A stretch of 64,000 nucleotides of DNA from Alphaproteobacteria bacterium (GTDB taxonomy: Bacteria; Pseudomonadota; Alphaproteobacteria; MPNO01), in assembly GCA_965248835.1 (NCBI GenBank), contig CBDFLJ010000002.1:1504001-1568000 (forward strand), in the 5' to 3' direction. Positions 38,038-48,204 of this stretch are shown piece by piece. Positions within the stretch are counted from its first letter, which is position 1. Every line of letters begins with the position of its first letter. A program made the position numbers and the translations under genes. Below the pieces are notes generated by a model. The model searched no databases. It saw only the letters and a list, made by a program, of their open reading frames with translations, and was not told where the DNA came from.

Positions 38038-39261
38038 GTGAGCGAGGCGGCGACCGGCCCGCTCGCCGGGCTGAAAATCATCGAATGCGCCCAGGTCGTG
38101 GCAGGACCGACCTGCGGCTACATGCTGGCCGACCTCGGCGCCGAGGTCATCAAGGTCGAGCGCGCCCCGCTGGGCGATGACGTAAGGCGCATGACGCCGC
38201 CCACGATCGAGGACGAATCGGCCGCCTTCATGATGCTCAACCGCAACAAGCGGGCGATCGTGCTCGATCTCAAGCAGGACGCCGGCAAGGAGGCGTTCCT
38301 GCGCATGGTGCGCGGCGCCGATGTGGTGGTCGAGAACTACCGAATGGGGGCGATGGACCGGCTGGGGCTGGGCTACGAGCGCCTGCGCGAAGAGAACCCG
38401 GCGATCATCTACGCCGCAATCTCGGGCTTCGGGCGGACCGGACCCTATGCCCACCGCGGCGGATACGACCTTGTCGCCCAGGCAATGTCGGGGCTGATGA
38501 GCATCACCGGAGAAGCCGCCGGCCGGCCGCCGGTCAAGATCGGGTCGCCGATCGCCGACTTCGCCGCCGGCGTCCTGGCTGCGCTCGGGATCGCCGCGGC
38601 GTACGCGCATCGGCTGAAGACCGGCGAGGGGCAATTCCTCGACACCTCGCTGTTCGAGGCCGGGATCTCCGCGACCTTCCACCAGGCGGCGATGTATCTC
38701 GCGACCGGCGAGCCGCCGGCGCCCCTTGGGTCGGCCCATCCGCTGAGCGCGCCCTACCAGGCCTACGAGACAGCCGACGGCTGGATCACCGTCGGTGCCG
38801 GGAACCAGGCAAACTGGCCGCGGCTCGCCGCCGCGCTCGGCGCGCCGGACCTTATCGAGGATCCGCGGTTCGTGACCAACGATCTGCGGATGGCGAACCT
38901 CGAAGCGCTCAACCGCGCGCTCGATCCGCTGTTCAAGGCGCACACGACCGATGCGCTGATGCGCGCCCTGGAAGAGGCCGGCGTGCCGGCCGGGCCGGTG
39001 CTCGATATCGGCCAGATGATGGAGGACCCCCAGACGCGCGCACGTGAGATGATCATGGAGGTCCGGCACAGCCGGCTCGGGCCGGTGCGCACCCTGGGCC
39101 CGCCGATCAAGTTTTCCGCCACGCCCGCCAACGTGCGCCGGGCGGCGCCGTATCTCGGCGAGCACTCGGCGGAGATTCTGCGCGAATTCGGCTATGACGA
39201 GGATGCCATCGCAGCCATGGCTGCGACCGGCGCGGTCATTCTCGGCCCGGATCCAGGCTGA
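38038..39261 (+). CDS. CaiB/BaiF family III CoA-transferase
   Basis: GPLAGL, LADLGAEVIKVE, NRNKR, VENYR, GYD. Confidence 0.93.
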   Translation: MSEAATGPLAGLKIIECAQVVAGPTCGYMLADLGAEVIKVERAPLGDDVRRMTPPTIEDESAAFMMLNRNKRAIVLDLKQDAGKEAFLRMVRGADVVVENYRMGAMDRLGLGYERLREENPAIIYAAISGFGRTGPYAHRGGYDLVAQAMSGLMSITGEAAGRPPVKIGSPIADFAAGVLAALGIAAAYAHRLKTGEGQFLDTSLFEAGISATFHQAAMYLATGEPPAPLGSAHPLSAPYQAYETADGWITVGAGNQANWPRLAAALGAPDLIEDPRFVTNDLRMANLEALNRALDPLFKAHTTDALMRALEEAGVPAGPVLDIGQMMEDPQTRAREMIMEVRHSRLGPVRTLGPPIKFSATPANVRRAAPYLGEHSAEILREFGYDEDAIAAMAATGAVILGPDPG

Positions 39262-40318
39262 TCGGATCGGGCCCGCGCCATTCGCGGCGCACCATGGCGA
39301 TCGTCCCGGGATCGAAGAACCCGTCGATCCGGCGCCCGACATCGGCCACCAGATCCGGCGCGCCCGCCGCCGCGCGCCACCAGGTGCTTTCTCCGGCGCC
39401 CTTGCCGTTGGCCCAGGCCTCCGCCTCGACCCGCCATTTGGCGAACCAGGTCGTCGTGCGCAGCCAGGTCAGCCGCCGCATCGGCAGCAGCCAGGGTTCC
39501 AGGCCGCGGGCGAGGTCCACCGGTATGTTCGCCCGATAGGCGTCATAGAAACCGATCACGTCCTGGCGCGTAAGGACCGCCTCGCAGTCGGGATCCCACA
39601 TGGTCGAGGTGTACAGGCTCGCATGGGCGACATCGATCGCCGGCGAGCCGTAGAGCGCCTTCTCCAGATCGATGAAGACCGCGCGCCCGGTGCCGGGGCG
39701 CTCGATCAGGAAGTTGCCGGGATGGGTGTCGGTGCCGCACAGCGTGATCGGCTGGGGCGTGCCGGCATGCCGGGCGGCGAATTGCCGCGCCCAGGCGATC
39801 TCCTCGTGGATCTGCGCGCGAGCGTCGTCCGCCAGCCCGGCGCGGTCGAGATAAGCCGCCTGCTCGGTGATGAAGCCCAGGATGCCGGCCACCGGGTCGG
39901 CGTGGACCGCCAGCGGCGCCCGGCCGCCCGGCGGCGGCAGCGCCACCCCGTGGATCCCGGCCATGCATGAAGCGATCGCCGGCAGGTCCTCGGGCAGCCG
40001 AGCCGCGACGCCCTCGACCAGCGCGACCACCAGGCCGCCATAGGCAAGGCCCGGACGCGGTGCGATGACGCCGGCCAGCGCCGGGGTGCAGCCGCTCGGC
40101 TGCGCGCGGGCGAAACAGGCGCTCTGATAGGCCAGGTTTGCCGCCGGATCGAGCCCGAACTGGCTCGAACGCGGCAGGCGGAGCACATAGCCGGTGCCCG
40201 TGATCCGGACGTGGTCGTGGAACAGCCCCTTTACGTGCAGCCGCTCCAGCGCGCCGGCCGGCGCGTCGGCGAATCCCGCCACACCGCGCAACCCCGCCAG
40301 CGCGGCATCAAGGTCCAA
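39236..40318 (-). CDS. APH/choline-kinase-fold phosphotransferase, probable thiamine (or thiamine-moiety) kinase
   Basis: Brenner-like DTHPGNF and IDLE motifs; lies directly downstream of TPP riboswitch; TTG start inferred. Confidence 0.75.
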   Translation of the reverse strand: MDLDAALAGLRGVAGFADAPAGALERLHVKGLFHDHVRITGTGYVLRLPRSSQFGLDPAANLAYQSACFARAQPSGCTPALAGVIAPRPGLAYGGLVVALVEGVAARLPEDLPAIASCMAGIHGVALPPPGGRAPLAVHADPVAGILGFITEQAAYLDRAGLADDARAQIHEEIAWARQFAARHAGTPQPITLCGTDTHPGNFLIERPGTGRAVFIDLEKALYGSPAIDVAHASLYTSTMWDPDCEAVLTRQDVIGFYDAYRANIPVDLARGLEPWLLPMRRLTWLRTTTWFAKWRVEAEAWANGKGAGESTWWRAAAGAPDLVADVGRRIDGFFDPGTIAMVRREWRGPDPISLDPGRE

Positions 40319-40330
40319 TGGTCGGGTGAC

Positions 40331-40405
40331 TGCTCCCTTCGCTGGCATGATCCAGATCAGGTTCCGTGGGTCTGCTCTCAGCCCGCCCGCGCGGGCACCC
40401 CAGCA
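40331..40405 (-). ncRNA. TPP riboswitch (THI element)
   Basis: Minus strand reads TGCT-GGGGTGCCC...GGGCTGAGAG...ACCC...GAACCTGATCTGGATCATGCCAGCGAAGGG-AGCA, matching the conserved TPP aptamer core; P1 TGCT/AGCA. Confidence 0.93.
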
Positions 40406-40497
40406 CATGCCGGTCACGGTGCCGCCGGCCGCCCGCCGGGTCAAGCCGGGGTGGCGTTGCCTCGCCCCGGCGGCGGTCGATCTGTAGGGTGCGGCCC

Positions 40498-41715
40498 ATG
40501 GACACCACCGATCGAATCATCATCGTCGGGGCCGGTCCGGTCGGAATGGTCACGGCGCTGGCGCTGGCACGGGCCGGCGTCCCCGTGCTCGTGCTGGAAG
40601 CCCTGGCGGTCACGTCGCGGGACCACCGCGCCTCGACCCTGCACCCCTCGACGCTCGCCATGCTGGAGCCGCTGGGCATGACGCCGCACCTCCTCGAACG
40701 CGGGCTCGCATCGCCGCGGTTCCAGTTCCGCGACCGCGCAAGCCAGCAGATCGTGGCCGAGTTCGACTATGCGCTCCTGAAGGACGAGACGCCCTTCCCG
40801 CTGGCACTTCAGCTCGAACAGCACAAGACGATCGAGATCGCCCACCTGATTGCCAAGCACCTGGAGACTTTCACACTCCTGCGCGAGCACGAGATCCTCG
40901 ACGTGCGCCAGAGCGCCGGCGGCGTCGATGTCGACGCCCGGACCCCGGACGGCCGGACGGCCACCTTCCCGGCGCGTTTCGTGATCGGCTGCGATGGCGG
41001 GCGCTCGGTGGTGCGCAAGGCCCAGGGGATCGACTTCCCCGGATTCACCTGGGAGGAACGCTTCATCATCGTCTCCACCGGCTACGATTTCGGCGCTGCA
41101 GGCGGCTTCCGCTACCGCAACTACATCGCCCATCCCGAACAATGGTCGGCAATCATCAAGGTGCCCGGCGAGGAGGATGAAGGGGTCTGGCGGGCGCTGT
41201 TCCCGGCGTTCACCGACGCGCCGGACGAAGAGGTGCTCGACGACGACTGGATCCAGGCCCGGTTCGCCGAATGCCTGCCCTACGATCCGCCCTACGCGAT
41301 TCTGCACCGCAACCTCTATGCGATCCATCAGCGGGTCGCGGCGACATTCCGCAAAGGCCGCGTGATGCTCGCCGGCGACGCGGCGCACGTGAACAACCCG
41401 GTCGGCGGGATGGGCATGAACAGCGGCCTGCATGACGGCCTCAACCTTGCCGCCAAGCTCGTCGCCATCTGGCGCGGCGAGGCCGGCGAGGATGTCCTCG
41501 ACCGCTACGACCGCCAGAGGCGGCCGATGGCCGAGAAATACGTCCAGGCCCAGTCCATCCGCAACAAGCAGCTGCTGGGCGAACGCGACCCCGAGGTCCG
41601 GCGCCGGCGGTTCGAGGAGCTGCGCCGGACCGCCGAGGACCCGGAGCGGGCGCGGGAATACCTCAGGGCGTCCTCGCTGATCGCCATGGTCGAGGAGGCC
41701 GACTCGATCGACTGA
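40498..41715 (+). CDS. FAD-dependent monooxygenase (MhpA/PheA-like)
   Basis: GAGPVG, GCDGGRS, LAGDAAHVNNPVGGMGMNSG. Confidence 0.9.
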   Translation: MDTTDRIIIVGAGPVGMVTALALARAGVPVLVLEALAVTSRDHRASTLHPSTLAMLEPLGMTPHLLERGLASPRFQFRDRASQQIVAEFDYALLKDETPFPLALQLEQHKTIEIAHLIAKHLETFTLLREHEILDVRQSAGGVDVDARTPDGRTATFPARFVIGCDGGRSVVRKAQGIDFPGFTWEERFIIVSTGYDFGAAGGFRYRNYIAHPEQWSAIIKVPGEEDEGVWRALFPAFTDAPDEEVLDDDWIQARFAECLPYDPPYAILHRNLYAIHQRVAATFRKGRVMLAGDAAHVNNPVGGMGMNSGLHDGLNLAAKLVAIWRGEAGEDVLDRYDRQRRPMAEKYVQAQSIRNKQLLGERDPEVRRRRFEELRRTAEDPERAREYLRASSLIAMVEEADSID

Positions 41716-41721
41716 GCCCGG

Positions 41722-43005
41722 CTACTCCCTGCCCTCCCCCGGTGCTTGTTCAAGCGCGGCCTTCATGACCGGGATTTTGCCGCGGGCCCACAGCCAGACG
41801 CCGAGGCAGATCACCGCGCCGCCCAGCACCGGCCATCGCAGCCCGACATAGCTCGACAGGCCGCCCATCACCAGCGCTCCCAGCGCCGGCGCGCCGCGCC
41901 CGATCATCCCGTAGAGGCTCATCACCCGGCCGCGCAGCGCCGGTTCCACGGCGTTCTGCATCAGCGTCTGCTCGCCGACGCCGACGACGATCATCGCGAA
42001 CCCGGCCACCACCAGGCACGGCACCGCCAACCAGAAGATATCGGTGGCAGCGAAGCCAATCAGCGCGCACGACAGCACCGCAATGGCCGCAACCGTGGTT
42101 TCCGTAAGCCCGACCACCGCGCCGCGCTGGGCGAGCCAGGCCGCGCCCAGCAGCGCCCCGAGCCCGGTCATCGAGGTCAGCCAGGCGAGCCCCTCGGCGC
42201 CGCGTCCGAAGACGGCATCGGCAAAGCCGGGCAGCAGCTCCATATAGGGGCGCGCCAGCAACGCCAGCAGGACGAGGATGATCAGAATCGGCCCGATACC
42301 GGGATGACGCACGGCATAGCTGTAGCCCTCTGCGATCTCGCGCGGAATGTTGCGGACCGATCGCGCGACCGGCGGGGCTTCGCCGCGCTCGAAGCGGATC
42401 AGCGACAAGACGGCGATGAAGACCGCGAAGCTCGCCGCGTTGACGAGGAAGGCATAGCCGACCCCGGCCTGGACGATCACCAGACCGGCGACCATCGGGC
42501 CGACGAACCGGGCGCCGTTGAAGATCATCGAATTGATCCCGATCGCGGCCGTCAGATCCTTGCGCGGCACCAGGCTCGGGATGATCGAAAGACGGATCGG
42601 CTGTCCGAAGGAGATGCTGATCCCGCCGAAGACCACCAGCGCGAGCAGAATCTCGATGGTCATCGCTCCGGCAAGCGTGATCACCGCGAGAAAGCCCGAT
42701 TGGAACAGGTTGACGCACTGCACCACCTTGGTCGCGGTCAGCTTGTGGACCCGGTCGGCGACCGCGCCGGTGATCGGGGCCAGGATGACCGTCGGGAACA
42801 GATCGGCGAACGCGACGATGCCGAGCCACCAGCCGGATCGGGTCATCTCCCAGGTCAGCCATCCCACCGCGACCCGTTGGATCCAGGTGCCGATATGCGA
42901 GCCGACATTGCCGATCGAGAACAATCGGAAGTCCCGGTGGGCAAGCGCGTTGCTGATGGGCTCGAGGCGGTTGACAAGCGCAACCGGAACCTTGATCGCG
43001 TGCAT
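41722..43005 (-). CDS. MFS transporter (MFS_3/DHA3-like)
   Basis: HRDFRLF, GTWIQ, GAVADR, RGRVMS; about 12 hydrophobic segments. Confidence 0.9.
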   Translation of the reverse strand: MHAIKVPVALVNRLEPISNALAHRDFRLFSIGNVGSHIGTWIQRVAVGWLTWEMTRSGWWLGIVAFADLFPTVILAPITGAVADRVHKLTATKVVQCVNLFQSGFLAVITLAGAMTIEILLALVVFGGISISFGQPIRLSIIPSLVPRKDLTAAIGINSMIFNGARFVGPMVAGLVIVQAGVGYAFLVNAASFAVFIAVLSLIRFERGEAPPVARSVRNIPREIAEGYSYAVRHPGIGPILIILVLLALLARPYMELLPGFADAVFGRGAEGLAWLTSMTGLGALLGAAWLAQRGAVVGLTETTVAAIAVLSCALIGFAATDIFWLAVPCLVVAGFAMIVVGVGEQTLMQNAVEPALRGRVMSLYGMIGRGAPALGALVMGGLSSYVGLRWPVLGGAVICLGVWLWARGKIPVMKAALEQAPGEGRE

Positions 43006-43109
43006 CGCCGCTACGATAGCAGAACCACTCCGCAGCGGTCACGGTTGCCGGTTCGGCGGTCGGTCGCTAGCTTGAGCCGAAGCCGACCCAGACAACGAGG
43101 AGCCCGATC

Positions 43110-44435
43110 ATGCCGGACACGGCGCGCATCGCGGTCAACACGCTTGAGCCGTACTTCATGCCGTTCACCATGAACCGGCAGTTCAAGTCCGCACCCCGCA
43201 TGGTCGTTGCCGCAAAGGGCATGCATTACACCACCGATGACGGGCGCACGCTGCTCGACGGCGCGGCCGGCATGTGGTGCGTCAACGCCGGCCATGGCCG
43301 CGACAAGATCACCCGGGCAATCCAGGCCCAGGCGGCCAGGATGGACTACGCGCCGGCCTTCCAGTGCGGCCACCCCGGCGCTTTCGAGCTTTCAGCGCGG
43401 CTGGCGGCGATGCTGCCGGGCAACCTCGACTACGTGTTCTTCGGCAATTCGGGCTCCGAGGCGGTCGATACCGCGCTGAAGATCGCGCTCGCCTATCACC
43501 GCCAGAACGGTCAGGCGACGCGCACCCGGCTGATCGGGCGCGAGCGGGGCTATCACGGGGTCGGGTTCGGCGGCACCGCGGTGGGCGGGATCTCGAACAA
43601 CCGCAAGCAGTTCGGCAACCTGATCGCAGGGGTCGACCATCTGCCGCATACCCACAACCTTTCCGAGATGGCCTTCAGCAGAGGCATGCCCAAATGGGGC
43701 GCGCATTTGGCTGAGGATCTGGAACGCCTGGTTGCGCTCCACGACCCCTCGACGATCGCCGCGGTGATCGTCGAGCCGGTCGCCGGCTCGACCGGCGTGC
43801 TGGTGCCGCCGGAGGGCTATCTCCAGTGGCTGCAGGCGATCTGCGACAAGCACGGCGTGCTGCTGATCGCCGACGAGGTGATCACCGGCTTCGGCCGGCT
43901 CGGAGAGGCCTTCGGCTGCGAGCGGCTCGGCATCCAGCCGGACATGATCACCATAGCCAAGGGCCTGACCAACGCCGCGGTGCCGATGTCCGCCGTGGCG
44001 GTAAGCAAGCCGATCTACGACGCCTTGATGGCGGGCCCCGCGGGCGTGGAACTGTTCCACGGCTATACCTATTCGGGGCATCCTCTGGCCTGCGCTGCGG
44101 GGCTTGCGACGCTGGAGGTCTATGTCGAGGAGGGCCTGTTCGCGCGCGCGGCCGGGATGGCGGCCATCTTCGAGGATGCGGTGCACAGCTTGAAGAGCCT
44201 GCCCAACGTCATCGACATCCGCAATTTCGGGCTGATGGGCGCAGTCGAGCTTGCCCCGCGCGCAGGCGCGCCCGGCGCACGCGGGTTCGAGGTCTACCTC
44301 AAATGCTTCGAGACCGGCCTGATGGTACGCCAGATCGGCGATGCCATCGCGATGTCGCCGCCGCTGATCATCAGCGAGGCACAGATCGGCGAGCTTGTCG
44401 ATATCCTGGGCGCGGCGATCAAGGCAGCGGATTGA
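43110..44435 (+). CDS. Class III aminotransferase, omega-amino acid:pyruvate type
   Basis: MPFTMNRQFK, SGSEAVDTALK, ADEVITGFGRLG, AKGLT, HGYTYSGHP. Confidence 0.92.
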   Translation: MPDTARIAVNTLEPYFMPFTMNRQFKSAPRMVVAAKGMHYTTDDGRTLLDGAAGMWCVNAGHGRDKITRAIQAQAARMDYAPAFQCGHPGAFELSARLAAMLPGNLDYVFFGNSGSEAVDTALKIALAYHRQNGQATRTRLIGRERGYHGVGFGGTAVGGISNNRKQFGNLIAGVDHLPHTHNLSEMAFSRGMPKWGAHLAEDLERLVALHDPSTIAAVIVEPVAGSTGVLVPPEGYLQWLQAICDKHGVLLIADEVITGFGRLGEAFGCERLGIQPDMITIAKGLTNAAVPMSAVAVSKPIYDALMAGPAGVELFHGYTYSGHPLACAAGLATLEVYVEEGLFARAAGMAAIFEDAVHSLKSLPNVIDIRNFGLMGAVELAPRAGAPGARGFEVYLKCFETGLMVRQIGDAIAMSPPLIISEAQIGELVDILGAAIKAAD

Positions 44436-44454
44436 CGCTCCGGTTCAACCGGGC

Positions 44455-45141
44455 TCACAGGCTCGGCGGGGCGAGCACGCCCATCCCGGGCGCCGGCCGG
44501 ATCAACGCGCCGGTCCATGCCTGCAGGGTCGCGAAGTCCACCGCCTCGATCAATTCGCGCACCACCAGACCGTCCGCGGCCACATCGATGACCGCAAGGT
44601 CGGTGAAGATCGTCGTGACCACGCCCCGGCCGGTGAGCGGATAGCTGCACCGCGCCACGATCTTGGGCTCGCCGCGCTTGGTGCAGTGATCGGTCATCGC
44701 ATAGACGCTCCTGGCGCCGGCGGCGAGGTCCATTGCGCCACCGACGCCGGGGACGGCGCCCGCGGCCCCGGTCGACCAGTTCGCCAGATCGCCGTTCGCG
44801 GCGACCTGGAAGGCGCCCAGGACACACAGGTCGAGGTGGCCGCCGCGGACGATCGCGAAGGAATCCGCATGGTGGAACAAGGATGCGCCGGGCAACAGCG
44901 TGACCGGCTTCTTGCCGGCATTGACCAGATCCTCGTCCTGATCTTCCGGACCGGGCTCCGGTCCCATTCCAAGAATTCCGTTCTCGCTGTGGAAGACGAT
45001 CTCGCGTCCTTCCGGAAGATGGTTGGCGACGAGCTCTGGCTGCCCGATGCCGAGGTTGACGTAGGCGCCGTCCGCGATGTCCTGGGCGATCCGCCAGGCG
45101 ACCTGGTCGCGGCTGAGCCCGTGCGGCGGGGCTTCGCTCAT
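44455..45141 (-). CDS. pcaJ: 3-oxoacid (3-oxoadipate) CoA-transferase subunit B
   Basis: VNLGIG, HSENG, GDLANW, GGAMDL; ATGA overlap with subunit A. Confidence 0.85.
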   Translation of the reverse strand: MSEAPPHGLSRDQVAWRIAQDIADGAYVNLGIGQPELVANHLPEGREIVFHSENGILGMGPEPGPEDQDEDLVNAGKKPVTLLPGASLFHHADSFAIVRGGHLDLCVLGAFQVAANGDLANWSTGAAGAVPGVGGAMDLAAGARSVYAMTDHCTKRGEPKIVARCSYPLTGRGVVTTIFTDLAVIDVAADGLVVRELIEAVDFATLQAWTGALIRPAPGMGVLAPPSL

Positions 45142-45848
45142 GGATAACGCTCCTTGCGCAGAATGGACTGCCGCTCGCTCATCGGATCGGGCACGCCGAC
45201 GACGCGGTCCACGAAGATGCCCGGCGTGACGACCGTCTCGGGGTCGATCTCGCCGAGCGCCACCAGGCGGCGGGCCTGGACGATCGTGGTCGCGGCGGCC
45301 ATGCACATCACCGGCGCGAAGTTGCGCGCTGCCAGCCGATAGGTCAGGTTTCCCCAGCGGTCGGCGCAGTCGGCCTTGATCAGCGCGAAGTCCGCCTTCA
45401 GCGGCATCTCCAAGACGTAGTCGCGCCCCTCGATGGTGCGTTGCTCCTTGCCCTCGGCCAGCGGGGTGCCGACGGTCGTCGGCGTATAGAAGCCGCCGAG
45501 CCCGGCTCCGGCGGCGCGAAGCCGTTCGGCCAGCGTGCCCTGCGGGATCACTTCAAGTTCGACCGCGTCGGCCTTGTACAGCCCCTCGAAGACCTCCGAA
45601 TGCGACGACCTCGGGTAGGAGCAGATCATCCGCCTGACACGGCCGTTCTCGAGCAGCGCCGCCAGCCCGATATGACCGTTCCCGGCGTTGTTGTTGACGA
45701 CTACCAGGTCCTTCGCGCCCTGATCGATCACGGCGTGGATCAGCTCGGTCGGCGATCCGGCCTCGCCGAAACCGCTGATCAGCACCGTGGCCCCGTCCGG
45801 GATGTCCGCCACGGCCTCGGCTGCGCTGGAGACGAATTTGTCGATCAC
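45138..45848 (-). CDS. pcaI: 3-oxoacid (3-oxoadipate) CoA-transferase subunit A
   Basis: DIPDGAT, NNAGNG, ICSYPR, PQGTLAER, TPGIFV. Confidence 0.85.
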   Translation of the reverse strand: MIDKFVSSAAEAVADIPDGATVLISGFGEAGSPTELIHAVIDQGAKDLVVVNNNAGNGHIGLAALLENGRVRRMICSYPRSSHSEVFEGLYKADAVELEVIPQGTLAERLRAAGAGLGGFYTPTTVGTPLAEGKEQRTIEGRDYVLEMPLKADFALIKADCADRWGNLTYRLAARNFAPVMCMAAATTIVQARRLVALGEIDPETVVTPGIFVDRVVGVPDPMSERQSILRKERYP

Positions 45849-45935
45849 TGGCCCTACTCCGGCTTCTGCCGCGCCCAGACCCTACGCATCGGATCGGCCG
45901 TTGACCACAGCCGGTCGGCGGCTCAGTCTTCGTCC

Positions 45936-47231
45936 ATGGCCGGGCTGTGTCGAGATTGTTTTGCCAGCATCGCGCGCCGCTGCGACGGCCCCTGCCCGGG
46001 CTGCGGGAGCACAAGGAGCGTCCATCACGACGAGCTCGACCGGCTTACGATCGCGCATCTGGACTGCGATGCCTTCTATGCCGCCGTCGAGAAGCGTGAT
46101 GACCCGGGGCTGGCCGACAAGCCCGTCCTGGTGGGCGGTGGGCGGCGCGGCGTCGTGATGGCGGCGTGCTACGTCGCCAGACGATACGGGATCCGCTCGG
46201 CGATGCCGATGTACAGGGCGCTGCGCGCCTGTCCGGATGCTGTCGTGGTCCGGCCCGACATGCGCAAATACGCCGCCGTCGGACGCGAGGTCCGGGCGTT
46301 GATGGGCGAGGCCACCCCGGCGGTGGAGGCGATCTCGATCGACGAGGCGTTTCTCGACCTGGCTGGAACCGAGCGGCTGCACCGCGCGAGCCCGGCGCAG
46401 ACGGTCGCCCGCCTGGTCGACCGGATCGCGTGCGAAGTCGGCATCCCCGTCTCGGTCGGGCTGAGCTACAACAAGTTCCTGGCAAAACTCGCCTCCGACC
46501 TCGACAAGCCGCGCGGGTTCCAGGTCATCGGCCGGGCCGAGGCAGTAGATTTCCTGGCCCCCCGGCCGGTGACGCTGATCTGGGGCGTCGGCAAGGCAAT
46601 GGAAAAGCGCCTGGCGGCGGACGGGATCACCAGGATCGGCCAGCTCCAGCAGATCGACGAGGCGCGGCTCGAGGCCCGGTACGGTGCGATCGGCCGCCGT
46701 CTCGGCCGGTTCTCCCGCGGGCTGGACGAGCGCCGGGTCGTCCGCGGCACCGGGCGCAAATCGCTGTCGGCCGAAACGACGTTTGCCGAGGACCTCAGCG
46801 GCTACGACGATCTGTCCGCGCGGCTGTGGCGGCTGTGCGAAAAGGTCTCCCGACGGCTCAAAGACGAGGAGATCGGTGCCCGGACGATCACCCTCAAGCT
46901 CAAGACGACACGGTTTCGCCTGAAAACCCGCAGCACCACCCTGCCCGATCCGACTCAGCTCGCCGATGTGATCTTCCGCGCCGGATCGGCGATGCTGGCC
47001 AGGGAGACCGATGGGACCGCCTATCGGCTGATCGGCATCGGAGCGTCGCAATACGCCGCGGCGGCCGACAGCGATCCGCCGGATCTCGCCGACCCGGACG
47101 CGCGGCAAAGACGCGAGGTCGAGCATACGATCGATGCGATCCGCGACCGCTTCGGCGAGGACTCGATCGGCCACGGCCGGCGTCTGGCCGGGCGCGGCGG
47201 GCAGGCCGCGGACCGGCGCCGACCTGGATAG
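45936..47231 (+). CDS. dinB: DNA polymerase IV with N-terminal Zn ribbon
   Basis: CRDC...CPGCGS, HLDCDAFYAAVE, SIDEAF, AKLASDLDKPRG. Confidence 0.94.
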   Translation: MAGLCRDCFASIARRCDGPCPGCGSTRSVHHDELDRLTIAHLDCDAFYAAVEKRDDPGLADKPVLVGGGRRGVVMAACYVARRYGIRSAMPMYRALRACPDAVVVRPDMRKYAAVGREVRALMGEATPAVEAISIDEAFLDLAGTERLHRASPAQTVARLVDRIACEVGIPVSVGLSYNKFLAKLASDLDKPRGFQVIGRAEAVDFLAPRPVTLIWGVGKAMEKRLAADGITRIGQLQQIDEARLEARYGAIGRRLGRFSRGLDERRVVRGTGRKSLSAETTFAEDLSGYDDLSARLWRLCEKVSRRLKDEEIGARTITLKLKTTRFRLKTRSTTLPDPTQLADVIFRAGSAMLARETDGTAYRLIGIGASQYAAAADSDPPDLADPDARQRREVEHTIDAIRDRFGEDSIGHGRRLAGRGGQAADRRRPG

Positions 47232-47300
47232 CCCGCCACCCGGCGGTTTCCCAACCAGGTCCGAGAGACAGCGTAAGGCCGGACCCGGATCGCGGGCGGT

Positions 47301-48044
47301 TCAGCCGGTGTCGGCCAGCGCCTCGCGGACCCGAGCGATCTGGTCGTCGATCGCGATGTCGGCGACCGAGGTAATTTCGAGCGCGCGGTCCTCATAGACG
47401 TTCCCGTCCGGCCGCGTCGCCGCCCAGAAAGCGACCCGCCGGTCGCGTTCGGTCAGAAGCATGGAAATCTGCGGCCGGAACAGTTGCACCATCGCGGTGA
47501 TCCAGCGGTTGGCCGGCCACGACGGGATAGCCAGGTCAATCTCGAAGCAGTCGAGCATCCTGCGGACGTCATCGGCGGCGTACCAGACCTCACCGGTCAC
47601 CCAACGGTTGGTGGTGAACAATTTCCTGGGCACGCCGTGCTTGTCCATCGAGATGGCGATCAGGTGGCTCAGCGCGTCGTTCTCGCCTTCGGGCAATTCG
47701 AGGTCCGGCACCGGCGCCGGCCCGACCGAGCCCGGCATGCCGAGAGGCCGCAGGAAGGTGTGGAAATGGCCGTGCTCGGCAAACCGCAGTTCCTGCGGAT
47801 GGGTGTGATAGTAGAACTGGGAATGGGTAAGGTGGTCGTAGACGTCACCCTCCGGGTAATGGTTCCACTCGTAGAAGGTCTCGTTCACCGGCAGGATCTC
47901 GCCGACGATGTTGGCCCCGGACTTGGCAAGCACGCGGTGGCAGTCGAGCACTTCCTCGCCGGCCGCAACCATGACTTCCAGGCGGTCGCGGTTCAGCGTC
48001 CGGAAATCGAAATCGAGTTCGAAGGTCTTGGTGGCAGCCGCCAA
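47301..48044 (-). CDS. His-rich conserved hypothetical protein (DUF6969-like)
   Basis: HYPEGDVYD, FYYHTH, EHGHFHTF, SHLIAISMD, LFTTNRWVTGE. Confidence 0.7.
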   Translation of the reverse strand: MAAATKTFELDFDFRTLNRDRLEVMVAAGEEVLDCHRVLAKSGANIVGEILPVNETFYEWNHYPEGDVYDHLTHSQFYYHTHPQELRFAEHGHFHTFLRPLGMPGSVGPAPVPDLELPEGENDALSHLIAISMDKHGVPRKLFTTNRWVTGEVWYAADDVRRMLDCFEIDLAIPSWPANRWITAMVQLFRPQISMLLTERDRRVAFWAATRPDGNVYEDRALEITSVADIAIDDQIARVREALADTG

Positions 48045-48204
48045 CGCGCGTGTCCGATCTGGCCTTAGCGCCGGTTACGATAGCGCGCCCATTGTGCCTG
48101 CGCGAACACTTTGATTGCTCAAGCCGTCGTCGCGGCGTTGCCGGCTCTTCGCCGGTTTGCTAGCGTCTTTGGCGGCAATCGAATCAGGGGCGGGGAGCCG
48201 GTTC

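Noticed and set aside
37264-39342. 692-aa minus-strand ORF
   Set aside because: Antisense to a well-supported crotonase and CoA-transferase
39236-40318. Aminoglycoside resistance gene
   Set aside because: The APH fold is generic; the TPP riboswitch points to thiamine metabolism
45441-45935. Long N-terminal extensions in ORF-track calls (dinB; also 2360, 4105, 54608, 57250, 61001)
   Set aside because: They overlap neighbouring genes; downstream starts match family N-termini and mostly have an RBS
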